Part shown: piece after piece, positions 6,997 to 14,966 of the stretch
Layout: the number at the start of each line of letters is the position of its first letter
Numbering within the stretch: the first letter of the stretch is position 1
NCBI GenBank assembly: GCA_001822065.1
Contig: MHPJ01000001.1
Coordinates: forward strand, 6,870-70,869
Direction: 5' to 3'
Source: Candidatus Staskawiczbacteria bacterium RIFOXYB1_FULL_37_44
Lineage (GTDB): Bacteria > Patescibacteriota > Minisyncoccia > Minisyncoccales > Staskawiczbacteraceae
Length of the DNA: 64,000 bases
Notes under the pieces: model-generated
Told to the model about the DNA's origin: nothing
What the model saw: the letters and a program-made list of their open reading frames with translations, nothing else
Databases searched by the model: none
Translations under genes and position numbers: made by a program

Positions 6997-9720
6997 ATGA
7001 ACGGAGGAAATAATTTTACAAATAAAGCCCAAGACGCCTTAATGCAGGCACAGCAATTGGCGCAGGAAAAGGGCCAGCAGCAAATTGACGCTTTGCATTT
7101 GCTGTCGGTTTTGATTACGCAGGAAGGAAGCATAATTACCACAATTTTACAAAAACTTGGAATTGACGTAGAACTTTTAAAGAAAAAAGTGGATTTGCAA
7201 ATTTCAAAAATTCCAACAATTGCGTCTCCGCAGGCGTTTGGCCAGTTTTACCTGACTCAAGATATGGCAAAAGTTTTGGACAAAGCAAGGCAAGAAGCAA
7301 TAAAAATGAACGACGAGTTTATTTCTGTGGAGCATTTATTTCTGGCATTGCTTGACGCAAAGTCCGGAGCAAAAGATGTTTTGGAAAAAATTAACTTTTT
7401 AGCTTCTGGAGAAGGAAACAGCTTTAAAAATTCCAAGCTTGATTACGAAGCAGTGGCAAAAGTTCTGGGGCAAATAAGAGGCGGGCAGAGAATTACAGAT
7501 CCCGAGCCAGAATCAAAATACCAGGTTATAGAAAAATACACCAGAAACTTGACCAATTTGGCTGCGGCCGGAAAAATTGACCCGATAATCGGCAGAGATA
7601 ATGAAATCCGCAGGCTGATGCAAATAATTTCGCGCAGAACAAAAAATAATCCTGTTTTAATTGGAGAGGCTGGAGTTGGAAAAACAGCAATTGTTGAGGG
7701 GTTTGCCCAAAGAATTGCCCGGCAAAATGTGCCGGAATTCTTAAAGGATAAAGAAATAATTTCGCTGGATTTGGGAGCTATAATTGCAGGCACAAAATAT
7801 AGAGGAGAATTTGAAACAAGAATTAAAGCTTTGCTAAAAGAGCTTTCGCGGGCTGCTGGAAAATATATTTTGTTTATTGACGAATTACACACATTGGTGG
7901 GAGCTGGAGCGGCCGAAGGGGCAATTGATGCTTCAAATTTATTAAAACCTGCTTTGGCCCGCGGAGAATTGAGGGCAATTGGAGCAACAACTTTAAAAGA
8001 ATACCAAAAATATATTGAAAAAGACCCAGCTTTAGAAAGAAGGTTTCAGCCCATTTTTGTGCAAGAGCCGAACATAGATGATGCCACTGCAATTTTGCGC
8101 GGAATTAAAGAAAAATATGAAGTCCATCACGGCGTAAAAATAAAAGATTCGGCAATTAAAGCCGCAGTTGATTTGGCATCAAGATATATTGCCGACAGAT
8201 TTTTACCGGACAAAGCAGTTGATTTAATGGATGAAGCGGCTTCCGCGTTGAGACTGGAAATTGAATCCGATCCGCAAGAATTGGAAAAATTTGACGAGGA
8301 AATTACGAAACTTGAAATTGAAAAACAGGCTTTGAAAAAAGAAAAAGGCTCTGAAAGGAGGCTGAAAGTTATTGCCAGAGAATTGGCGGATTTAAACGAA
8401 AAAACCAAAGCTTTGCGCTTGAAATGGGGAGCTGAAAAAGAGCTGATAAATAAAATAAAAGGCATAAGGGAAAAATTAGACAGCTTGTCTTATCAAACAG
8501 AAATTGCCCAGCGCGAAGCGGATTTGGAAAAAGTTGCTGAAATAAAATATGGAAAAATTCCGGAATTGTTAAAACAATTGGCGGAAACCGAGCAAAAGCT
8601 TATTAAAATACAAAAAGAGCACCGATATTTAAAAGAAGAAGTTACGGAAGAAGAAGTTGCCAAAGTTGTTTCAAGGTGGACAGGAATTCCGGTTATGCGT
8701 TTGATTACAGAAGAAGCCAAAAAATTGGAAACAATGGAGGACACTTTAAACAGGCGCGTAATTGGTCAAGATGAAGCAATCTCAGCAATTTCAAGGGCAA
8801 TACGCAGGGCGCGAGCCGGAATTTCCGAAGAAAATAAACCCTTAGGATCTTTTCTATTTTTGGGGCCGACCGGAGTTGGAAAAACCGAAACAGCCCGCGC
8901 TTTGGCAGAATTTTTATTTGACGACGAAAAGGCAATGATACGGCTTGATATGTCTGAATATATGGAACGCCACACTGTTTCAAAAATGATCGGATCTCCT
9001 CCAGGATATGTGGGCTATGAAGAAGCCGGACAATTAACAGAAAAGGTAAGGCGCAGACCGTATTCTGTGCTTTTGCTAGACGAAATTGAAAAAGCGCACC
9101 CGGATGTTTTTAATATTTTACTTTCAATTTTTGAAGACGGCCGGCTGACAGATTCAAAGGGCAGAATGGTTTCTTTTAAAAATACAATAATTATAATGAC
9201 TTCAAACCTGGGGTCTGACTACATTAATAAAATGTCTTCGCTTGGATTTACCACAAGGGAAGAATTAGTTGAAAGGGAAAATATGCGGGAAAAAATATTT
9301 GACTCTTTGCGAGACGCTTTCAGACCGGAATTTTTAAACAGAATTGATGAAATTGTGATATTTAATTATTTAAAGCAAGAACAAATTAAAAAAATTGTTG
9401 ATTTAGAGCTTACAAAAGTTGAAAAACGTTTGGCTGCAAAAGAAATAAAAATTGAAATTTCTGAACAAGCAAAAGAGGTTTTGGTTAAAGATGGGTTTGA
9501 TGCAAATTTGGGAGCCAGGCCGCTAAAAAGGGTGATCCAAAGATTGATTTTGGATCCTTTGTCGGTAAAAATTGTTATCAGCGAAATTAGCGAGGGATCG
9601 CGCGTTTTAATTGGCGAGAAAGAAGGTAAAATTGTTTTTGACTCTCCCCTCGGCCGTAGCCTGAAGGCTTCGCCTACGGGCGAGGCAAACATTTCCAGGC
9701 TGGCTAAAGCAAAAAAATAA
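6997..9720 (+). CDS. clpB: ClpB disaggregase (class I AAA+ with middle coiled-coil domain)
   Basis: Clp_N repeats. Walker A motifs 'GEAGVGKT' and 'GPTGVGKT'. Long coiled-coil between the NBDs. 'SNLG' and sensor regions present. Unusual GC-rich C-terminal tail. Confidence 0.95.
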   Translation: MNGGNNFTNKAQDALMQAQQLAQEKGQQQIDALHLLSVLITQEGSIITTILQKLGIDVELLKKKVDLQISKIPTIASPQAFGQFYLTQDMAKVLDKARQEAIKMNDEFISVEHLFLALLDAKSGAKDVLEKINFLASGEGNSFKNSKLDYEAVAKVLGQIRGGQRITDPEPESKYQVIEKYTRNLTNLAAAGKIDPIIGRDNEIRRLMQIISRRTKNNPVLIGEAGVGKTAIVEGFAQRIARQNVPEFLKDKEIISLDLGAIIAGTKYRGEFETRIKALLKELSRAAGKYILFIDELHTLVGAGAAEGAIDASNLLKPALARGELRAIGATTLKEYQKYIEKDPALERRFQPIFVQEPNIDDATAILRGIKEKYEVHHGVKIKDSAIKAAVDLASRYIADRFLPDKAVDLMDEAASALRLEIESDPQELEKFDEEITKLEIEKQALKKEKGSERRLKVIARELADLNEKTKALRLKWGAEKELINKIKGIREKLDSLSYQTEIAQREADLEKVAEIKYGKIPELLKQLAETEQKLIKIQKEHRYLKEEVTEEEVAKVVSRWTGIPVMRLITEEAKKLETMEDTLNRRVIGQDEAISAISRAIRRARAGISEENKPLGSFLFLGPTGVGKTETARALAEFLFDDEKAMIRLDMSEYMERHTVSKMIGSPPGYVGYEEAGQLTEKVRRRPYSVLLLDEIEKAHPDVFNILLSIFEDGRLTDSKGRMVSFKNTIIIMTSNLGSDYINKMSSLGFTTREELVERENMREKIFDSLRDAFRPEFLNRIDEIVIFNYLKQEQIKKIVDLELTKVEKRLAAKEIKIEISEQAKEVLVKDGFDANLGARPLKRVIQRLILDPLSVKIVISEISEGSRVLIGEKEGKIVFDSPLGRSLKASPTGEANISRLAKAKK
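9643..9685. repeat. GC-rich hairpin element inside the clpB 3' end
   Basis: cctcggccgtagcc-tgaa-ggcttcgcctacgggcgagg forms a stem of about 14 bp with 2 mismatches. Encodes 'SPLGRSLKASPTGEA'. Confidence 0.7.
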
Positions 9721-9721
9721 T

Positions 9722-9743
9722 CCTTCGACAAGCTCAGGACAAG
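9722..9743. repeat. 'ccttcg..gctcaggacaa' GC-rich repeat, intergenic copy
   Basis: ccttcgacaagctcaggacaag. Related copies at 15861-15883 and 17521-17543. Confidence 0.7.
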
Positions 9744-9746
9744 TAA

Positions 9747-9780
9747 CAAAAAACGGCTCAGTACGTTGAGCCGTTTTTTG
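9747..9780. terminator. Bidirectional terminator between convergent genes
   Basis: An A-run, then acggctca-gtacgt-tgagccgt, then a T-run. Sits between clpB (+) and the ORF at 9787-10563 (-). Confidence 0.8.
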
Positions 9781-9786
9781 ATTGCT

Positions 9787-10563
9787 TTACGGATTTACCG
9801 TCATTGATATTGTGGCTATCGCGCTGTCTAAACTGCCGTCGTTCACTTTAAATGTAAAGCTGTCTGATCCCGTAAAATCTGTTGCCGGAAAATAGGTTAG
9901 ATTTGGAACTGTTCCAGACAATGTGCCGTGGGTTGGGTGTGTTAAAACAGTAAATGTTAGCGCTAAATTTTCAGGATCTGCGCCGGTCAGAGTTATTGCT
10001 TTTGAGGTATTTTTAGTTACGGTTACGCTTTGGGCGTTGGATGTTGGGGCCTGATTGTTAACCTGGACATTTCCCAGTGCGTCAATAAATTTTTGAAGGG
10101 CTGTTTGTTTTGCTGAATTTCTTTGCTGTATTGCAACAAGCAAATCGGCAAGGTATGTTTTTAATGATGAAATTCTTGCAGACTGGTTGCTTGAAGAATT
10201 TATTGCCAAAGTAAATTTGTCTCTCGCGGATTTTTTTGCTGTTTTAAATGCTGTATTCGCATCTTTTATAGCTTGGTTATAAGCTGTTCTTGCAGATTTT
10301 AATCCATTGTTATTTAAGAGTAAATTTACAGAAATTGCAGGCATATTGTCTCCCGATTCTGATCTGCCGATTATATCGCCGGCTATGTTTCCAAAAACTC
10401 TAAACGCGCCTTTTTGCATACTATTGTGCATATTGTTTATACTGAAAGATATTCGGTCTTCACGACCATTATCTTTTGCTTGCGTCGCCGAAGGCAAAGC
10501 GTTAACCCCGATCAAAGCGGCTGCTAAAAGAACAATTGTTGATTTTTTTATTTTGTTTATCAT
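9787..10563 (-). CDS. Secreted protein with C-terminal cadherin/Ig-like domain
   Basis: Signal peptide 'KKSTIVLLAAALIGVNALPSATQA'. C-terminal 'ITLTGADPENLALTFTVLTHPTHGTLSG...DSFTFKVNDG' is typical of bacterial cadherin-like/Ig-like repeats. Confidence 0.6.
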   Translation of the reverse strand: MINKIKKSTIVLLAAALIGVNALPSATQAKDNGREDRISFSINNMHNSMQKGAFRVFGNIAGDIIGRSESGDNMPAISVNLLLNNNGLKSARTAYNQAIKDANTAFKTAKKSARDKFTLAINSSSNQSARISSLKTYLADLLVAIQQRNSAKQTALQKFIDALGNVQVNNQAPTSNAQSVTVTKNTSKAITLTGADPENLALTFTVLTHPTHGTLSGTVPNLTYFPATDFTGSDSFTFKVNDGSLDSAIATISMTVNP

Positions 10564-10623
10564 TTTTTATTTAGATTATTTTTGTTAATATTATATTAAC
10601 GACCTTTATAATATATGTGACGG

Positions 10624-11124
10624 ATGAACTATCAAACTCTTTTTTTGGATGCTTATGAAAAATACGCAGACGATATTTATCGGCATTGCTATTTTAGGGT
10701 GTACAACAAAGAATTAGCCGAAGATATAACGCAGGAAACTTTTATAAAAACGTGGAAATATATAATAGAAGGCAAAGAAATTCAAAACATAAGGGCGTTT
10801 CTGTATAGAGTGGCGGTAAATTTGATTATTGACAATAGCCGGAAGAAAAAAGAGTTGGCGGGTGATGAACGTCTTAATAATATAAGGGCAGGCGAGGATA
10901 CAGAAGATAATATTTTTAACCGTTTTGACGCCAATAGAATAGTAAAACTGCTTGACAAGCTGGCAGAAAACCAAAAGCAGGTAATGGTAATGCGATATAT
11001 AGATGAGTTGAAGCCATCGGAAATTGCAGATATTTTGGGAGAGTCGCCAAACGCGGTTTCTGTGAGAATTAATCAAGCCACTAAAAAATTACGGGAAATC
11101 ATAAATAAAAAAAATGAACAATAA
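10624..11124 (+). CDS. ECF-type sigma-70 family sigma factor
   Basis: Region 2 'LAEDITQETFIKTWKY'. Region 4 HTH 'LKPSEIADILGESPNAVSVRINQATKKLRE'. Confidence 0.85.
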   Translation: MNYQTLFLDAYEKYADDIYRHCYFRVYNKELAEDITQETFIKTWKYIIEGKEIQNIRAFLYRVAVNLIIDNSRKKKELAGDERLNNIRAGEDTEDNIFNRFDANRIVKLLDKLAENQKQVMVMRYIDELKPSEIADILGESPNAVSVRINQATKKLREIINKKNEQ

Positions 11125-11938
11125 CATTAAAAAAATTTTAAAACCAGCCAGGCGAATAAAACTGGAAAAAGAAATTAAAGCCTCTATAAAAGGCGGGGTT
11201 TTGATGTTTATGAAAAATAATCCCTTGACAGAAACTCCAAAATTTGGCTTTTGGAAAATAATATTTTCTCAAAAATTAAAACCCGCTTACATTTCAATAT
11301 TGTCTTTAGTGGCAGTTTTGCTGGTGTCTGGAGCAGTGAGCGCGCAGGCCAGTTTGGCGCTTCCCGGAGATATTCTTTATCCCGTGAAAGTTGGAGTTAA
11401 TGAAAAGGTCCTGCAAGTTCTGGCTTTTTCCGACCAGGCGAAAATAAAATTAAGCGTCCGTTTGGCTGAAACGCGTTTAAAAGAAGCTGAAAAATTGGTG
11501 GTGGAAAACAGGATAACCAAAGACAACCAAATGCAAATTAATAATAATTTTAGCGCAAAAGCAGATGAGGTTTCAAAATCTATAAACAAACTAAATAGAG
11601 AAAAAATGGAGAATAGCGCGCAGAAAATCGCTGATGATTTTAATAAAACTTTAGAAATCCATACCAAAGTTTTAGAAAAAATCCAGCAGGAGAAAGATAA
11701 ATCTGACAAAGCGCGCGATAAAAATCGGGAAAATGTAGACTCTATAATAAACAGAGTAAACAGCGTCAGGGATAAAATTAACGCTGATATAAAAGAAAAT
11801 AAAATCAAAAATGAAAAGAAAGCAGAAGAAATAAGGCAAAAAGCAAATGAGCAAATTCAAAAAATAAAAGATAAGATAGAAAGCAACAAAGCAGAAAATA
11901 ATACTGAAAATAATATAGAAAATAATACTGAAAAATGA
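11114..11938 (+). CDS. Single-pass membrane protein, DUF5667-like (putative anti-sigma partner)
   Basis: Overlaps the sigma gene by 11 nt. TM helix 'AYISILSLVAVLLVSGAVSAQA'. 'LPGDILYPVKVGVNE...RLAETRLKEAEKL' followed by a charged coiled-coil tail. Confidence 0.6.
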   Translation: MNNNIKKILKPARRIKLEKEIKASIKGGVLMFMKNNPLTETPKFGFWKIIFSQKLKPAYISILSLVAVLLVSGAVSAQASLALPGDILYPVKVGVNEKVLQVLAFSDQAKIKLSVRLAETRLKEAEKLVVENRITKDNQMQINNNFSAKADEVSKSINKLNREKMENSAQKIADDFNKTLEIHTKVLEKIQQEKDKSDKARDKNRENVDSIINRVNSVRDKINADIKENKIKNEKKAEEIRQKANEQIQKIKDKIESNKAENNTENNIENNTEK

Positions 11939-11979
11939 GCTATACGTAATTTTCACGATCGTAAATTTCTTGTATAGCT
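11938..11979. repeat. CGATCG-centred palindromic repeat, copy B1
   Basis: agctatac-gtaattttcacgatcgtaaatttctt-gtatagct, with perfectly complementary 8-bp outer arms. Aligns with 12176-12216 and 12822-12862. Confidence 0.85.
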
Positions 11980-12005
11980 GGGAAAACTTGAAAAATAATA
12001 AAAAA

Positions 12006-12040
12006 GGCGTCCCGATCCCATAAGAGGGAGGGACGCTTTT
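12006..12040 (+). terminator. Rho-independent terminator
   Basis: ggcgtccc...gggacgc stem followed by tttt. Sits downstream of the gene at 11114-11938. Confidence 0.7.
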
Positions 12041-12175
12041 GGTCTTTCGCGCAAGTCGGCGTACATTGCCTAAACCTCAAAAATTGCGAGGAATTCTTCG
12101 ACTGTTTTGCAAAAATTATCAAACAATTTCTTGTGATGTCACGACTGTGAGAACTAAGATTTAACTGTATTTTAG

Positions 12176-12216
12176 TTATACAATAAATTCACGATCGTAA
12201 ATTTTACGTATGGCTG
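12176..12216. repeat. CGATCG-centred palindromic repeat, copy B2
   Basis: ttatacaataaattcacgatcgtaaattttacgtatggctg, immediately upstream of a promoter-like motif and the PaaX-like gene. Confidence 0.8.
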
Positions 12217-12217
12217 A

Positions 12218-12232
12218 TATTTGTGATAAAAT
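12218..12232 (+). promoter_or_regulatory. Extended -10-like motif tatttgtgataaaat
   Basis: This 15-mer is identical to 12922-12936 and contains TG-n-TAAAAT. It lies 2 nt after repeat B2. Confidence 0.45.
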
Positions 12233-12252
12233 ATTATAATAACTATTTTAAG

Positions 12253-12792
12253 ATGGCTGCTTTAAAAGAAAAAATATTATTATTGCTTTTTGGCGGGCTT
12301 GCTTTTGGTTGCGCTTATACTCCGCAAAAACAGTGGAAAGTTATTAAAACTATATCTGTTGAATGGAAAAAGATAGATAAAAAAGAATTATTTGCAGAAA
12401 TTCACAGATTGTATAGGTCAAAATTGGTGAAAAGAATAACCAATTCAGACGGAACACTCACGTTTATTTTAACTGAAAAAGGTAAATTAAGGGCCCTTAC
12501 TTATAGTTTTGAACATATGAAAATAGAAAAGAAAGACTGGGACGGCAAATGGCGATTTATTGTTTTTGATGTTCCCGAAAAGTTTAGAACCGGACGAGAT
12601 GCGCTAAGATGGAAAATTAAAAAACTTGGATTCTATGAATTACAAAAAAGCGTTTTTATTTTTCCTTATAAATGCGAAGACGAGATAAATTTTATTATAG
12701 AATTTTTTGGAATAAGAAAATATGTCAGGTATGGAATAATAGATTTTATTGATAATAAGGCGCACTTAAAACAAATTTTTGGGCTAAAATGA
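12253..12792 (+). CDS. PaaX-like regulator (wHTH plus PaaX_C/Cas2-like fold), paralogue of 3036-3563
   Basis: 'DGKWRFIVFDVPEKFRTGRDALRWKIKKLGFYELQKSVFIFPY'. The ATG at 12253 is preferred over the tracked GTG at 12223, which lies inside the promoter-like motif. Confidence 0.6.
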   Translation: MAALKEKILLLLFGGLAFGCAYTPQKQWKVIKTISVEWKKIDKKELFAEIHRLYRSKLVKRITNSDGTLTFILTEKGKLRALTYSFEHMKIEKKDWDGKWRFIVFDVPEKFRTGRDALRWKIKKLGFYELQKSVFIFPYKCEDEINFIIEFFGIRKYVRYGIIDFIDNKAHLKQIFGLK

Positions 12793-12821
12793 GAAAAATT
12801 ATAAAATAATCAGAAAAAACC

Positions 12822-12862
12822 AGCTATACGATAAATTCACGATCGTGAAAATTACGTATGGC
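12822..12862. repeat. CGATCG-centred palindromic repeat, copy B3
   Basis: agctatacgataaattcacgatcgtgaaaattacgtatggc. The core ttcacgatcgtgaa is a perfect 14-bp palindrome. Confidence 0.85.
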
Positions 12863-12921
12863 AGGTTTCTTTATCTTACCCTTACCTTGCCTTTTTATTT
12901 ATTTTTTGTTTATATTTTTTG

Positions 12922-12936
12922 TATTTGTGATAAAAT
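12922..12936 (+). promoter_or_regulatory. Extended -10-like motif tatttgtgataaaat, giving a near-leaderless start at 12943
   Basis: Identical 15-mer to 12218-12232. TAAAAT ends 6 nt before the ATG of the nuclease gene. Confidence 0.45.
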
Positions 12937-12942
12937 GTAGTA

Positions 12943-13512
12943 ATGAATTTCTGGGAAAAGAATAAATTATTTTTTGCAATAATTTTAGGAGCTGTAATAA
13001 TTGGAATTTTTGTTTATTTTAGCTTGGAAAATCAAAAAAAGATTGCTTCGTCGCTCGAAGCTCCTCGCAATGACGTTGTGGGAAAATCCGTGGAGGACGG
13101 GCCTCCCCTGACTGGAACTCCAATAGCTTCCGCGTGCGGGGTACATGAAAATACGTTTGTTACAAAAGTAATTGACGGCGATACGGTTGTGGTTGAGGGA
13201 GGATATCATGTGCGGCTTTTGGGAATGGACGCAGACGAAAAAAATTATCCTTGCTATGAGCCGGCTAAAACCCGACTTGAAAATTTAGTTTTGGGAAAAA
13301 TGGTAAAATTGGAAAAAGACAGAACAGATTTGGATCAGTATGGCAGGTGTTTGCGGTATATTTTTATCGGAAATACAAATATTGGCGCGCAGCTGGTAAA
13401 AGAAGGCATGGCAATTGCCAGATTTTATAATCCCGACATAAAATATAAAACAGAAATTGCCGAGGCCGAAAAGCGGGCGCAACAAAACAAAGCCGGCTGT
13501 AAATGGAAATGA
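12943..13512 (+). CDS. Membrane-anchored staphylococcal-nuclease-like (SNase/thermonuclease) protein
   Basis: N-terminal TM helix. 'VIDGDTVVVEGGYHVRLLGMDADE', 'GRCLRYIF' and 'NIGAQLVKEGMA' are SNase-fold motifs. Confidence 0.8.
   Translation: MNFWEKNKLFFAIILGAVIIGIFVYFSLENQKKIASSLEAPRNDVVGKSVEDGPPLTGTPIASACGVHENTFVTKVIDGDTVVVEGGYHVRLLGMDADEKNYPCYEPAKTRLENLVLGKMVKLEKDRTDLDQYGRCLRYIFIGNTNIGAQLVKEGMAIARFYNPDIKYKTEIAEAEKRAQQNKAGCKWK
13041..13075. repeat. GC-rich 35-bp element (gattgcttcgtcgctcgaagctcctcgcaatgacg) in frame in the nuclease gene
   Basis: 33/35 identical to 13757-13791. It is the reverse complement of the left arm of 16406-16438. Confidence 0.85.
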
Positions 13513-14957
13513 AATTTTTTGAAAAAAATCAAATTTTCGCATTTTTGGCGAGTCTTTCTTGTACTCTTGTTTTAGGCTTTTTTGTTTGGATCGCGTTTTT
13601 GAGTTCAAATAATTATTCTTTTATTTTTAACAAGGTTTTGGGGCAAGCCAATAAAATCGGTTATAAATTTTTTTCGGCAACAGTGAGCTTGCCTAATACC
13701 CAAGTTGAGGAAATAGTTCAGGAAACTGATTCTGCGCAAGATATAGTGCCAAATGAGATTGCTTCCTCGCCCGAAGCTCCTCGCAATGACGAAACAACAG
13801 AACAAGAAAGGCAAAATTTGCTTGATGACATTGCGGAAAAATTAGATGTAATTCAGCAAAAAGTTGATGAACTTGTTGCGCAATCAAAAACCGCAGACGA
13901 ACTGAAAATGGAAGAAGAAATTAAAAAAGACGAGGAAAAAAATACGGTTGTTTGCGCAGGGCAAATAAATATAAATACAGCTTCCGCAGAAGAATTGGAT
14001 AAAATGGCTCAAGTTGGTCCGGTAACGGCTCAAAAAATAATACAAGCCCGTCCATTTTATTCGCTTAATGATTTGTTAAGAGTGGGCGGGATAGGAGAAA
14101 TAACTTTACGAAAAATAATAGAGCAGGGGTGCGCTTATGTTGAATTTGTGACGCCGGCCGTTGCGCCGGCGCAGGTTGTTTATCCAAAAATTTTAATTTC
14201 AGAAGCGCAAATTTTGCCGATTAATCAAAGATTTGTCGAGCTTTACAACTCAAATTCAACAGATATTGATTTGACCAATTGGTATTTGCAAAGGAAAACA
14301 GCAACGGGCGAGGATTATTCAAGTTTTGTTACAAAAAATGATTTTGCGGGAAAAATAATTTTGGCAAATTCATATTTTTTAATTTCCCGGCAAATTGAAA
14401 ATGCCGATATTTTGCAAGAAATAATTTTAAGCGATAACAATTCTTTGGTTCTAAAAAATCCGGCGGGAGATACTTCTGATATTATGGATACCGCCAGCCC
14501 AAGCTCTGGCCAAAGTCTTTGCCTGCTGGACGCATGGGAAGTTTGTTCGCCAACTCCCAAAGCTTCCAATACAGTTTTTACTGAGCCGACTCCCCCGTCC
14601 TCAGATTCAACTTCTCCTGATCCCGATGTAATTTTACCAAGCATTGTAATATATAAAGTAATCGATATGGGCGGAGAATTTAGTATTGATTTGGCATTTT
14701 CAGAAAAAGTAAAGTACGAAATAATTATTGAATTTGGCGAAACTGAAATCAAAAAATGGTCTGGCGAAGCAAAAAATCCTCAACCAAAAATTTGGGATGG
14801 AAAAGATTCTTCGGGCACAATTGTTCCAGATGGCGTTTACACAATTAAAATTGAGATTACAGATTATACTCCAGAAAAAAATTTTGTTACTGACACAAGC
14901 AAAACAATTATAATTGATAATTCTCCAAACCTTGACTCGGGAGATTATAATCAGTAA
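13503..14957 (+). CDS. ComEA-like HhH DNA-binding protein with a lamin-tail domain and a FlgD-Ig-like C-terminus
   Basis: TM helix. 'ININTASAEELDKMAQVGPVTAQKIIQARPFYSLNDLLRVGGIGEITLRKI' (ComEA HhH). 'ISEAQILPINQRFVELYNSNSTDIDLTNWYLQRK' (LTD). 'IWDGKDSSGTIVPDGVYTIKIEITD' (FlgD-Ig-like). Confidence 0.75.
   Translation: MEMKFFEKNQIFAFLASLSCTLVLGFFVWIAFLSSNNYSFIFNKVLGQANKIGYKFFSATVSLPNTQVEEIVQETDSAQDIVPNEIASSPEAPRNDETTEQERQNLLDDIAEKLDVIQQKVDELVAQSKTADELKMEEEIKKDEEKNTVVCAGQININTASAEELDKMAQVGPVTAQKIIQARPFYSLNDLLRVGGIGEITLRKIIEQGCAYVEFVTPAVAPAQVVYPKILISEAQILPINQRFVELYNSNSTDIDLTNWYLQRKTATGEDYSSFVTKNDFAGKIILANSYFLISRQIENADILQEIILSDNNSLVLKNPAGDTSDIMDTASPSSGQSLCLLDAWEVCSPTPKASNTVFTEPTPPSSDSTSPDPDVILPSIVIYKVIDMGGEFSIDLAFSEKVKYEIIIEFGETEIKKWSGEAKNPQPKIWDGKDSSGTIVPDGVYTIKIEITDYTPEKNFVTDTSKTIIIDNSPNLDSGDYNQ
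13757..13791. repeat. GC-rich 35-bp element, second copy, in frame in the ComEA-like gene
   Basis: gattgcttcctcgcccgaagctcctcgcaatgacg. Encodes 'IASSPEAPRNDE', compared with 'IASSLEAPRNDV' in the neighbouring gene. Confidence 0.85.
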
Positions 14958-14966
14958 CGTAAATTT

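Noticed and set aside
7443-9749. Seven minus-strand ORFs inside clpB (for example 7443-7892 and 9366-9749).
   Set aside because: They are shadow ORFs opposite an unambiguous 907-aa ClpB and have no independent signals.
11940-12122. 60-aa minus-strand ORF between repeats B1 and B2.
   Set aside because: It spans a plus-strand terminator hairpin, has no RBS or motif, and has an odd composition. The region may still be transcribed as non-coding RNA, but I cannot support a gene.
12223-12252. The tracked GTG start at 12223 for the second PaaX-like gene.
   Set aside because: The GTG lies within the conserved tatttgtgataaaat promoter-like 15-mer. The ATG at 12253 gives an N-terminus ('MAALKEKILLLL...') that is more plausible. 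This remains uncertain.
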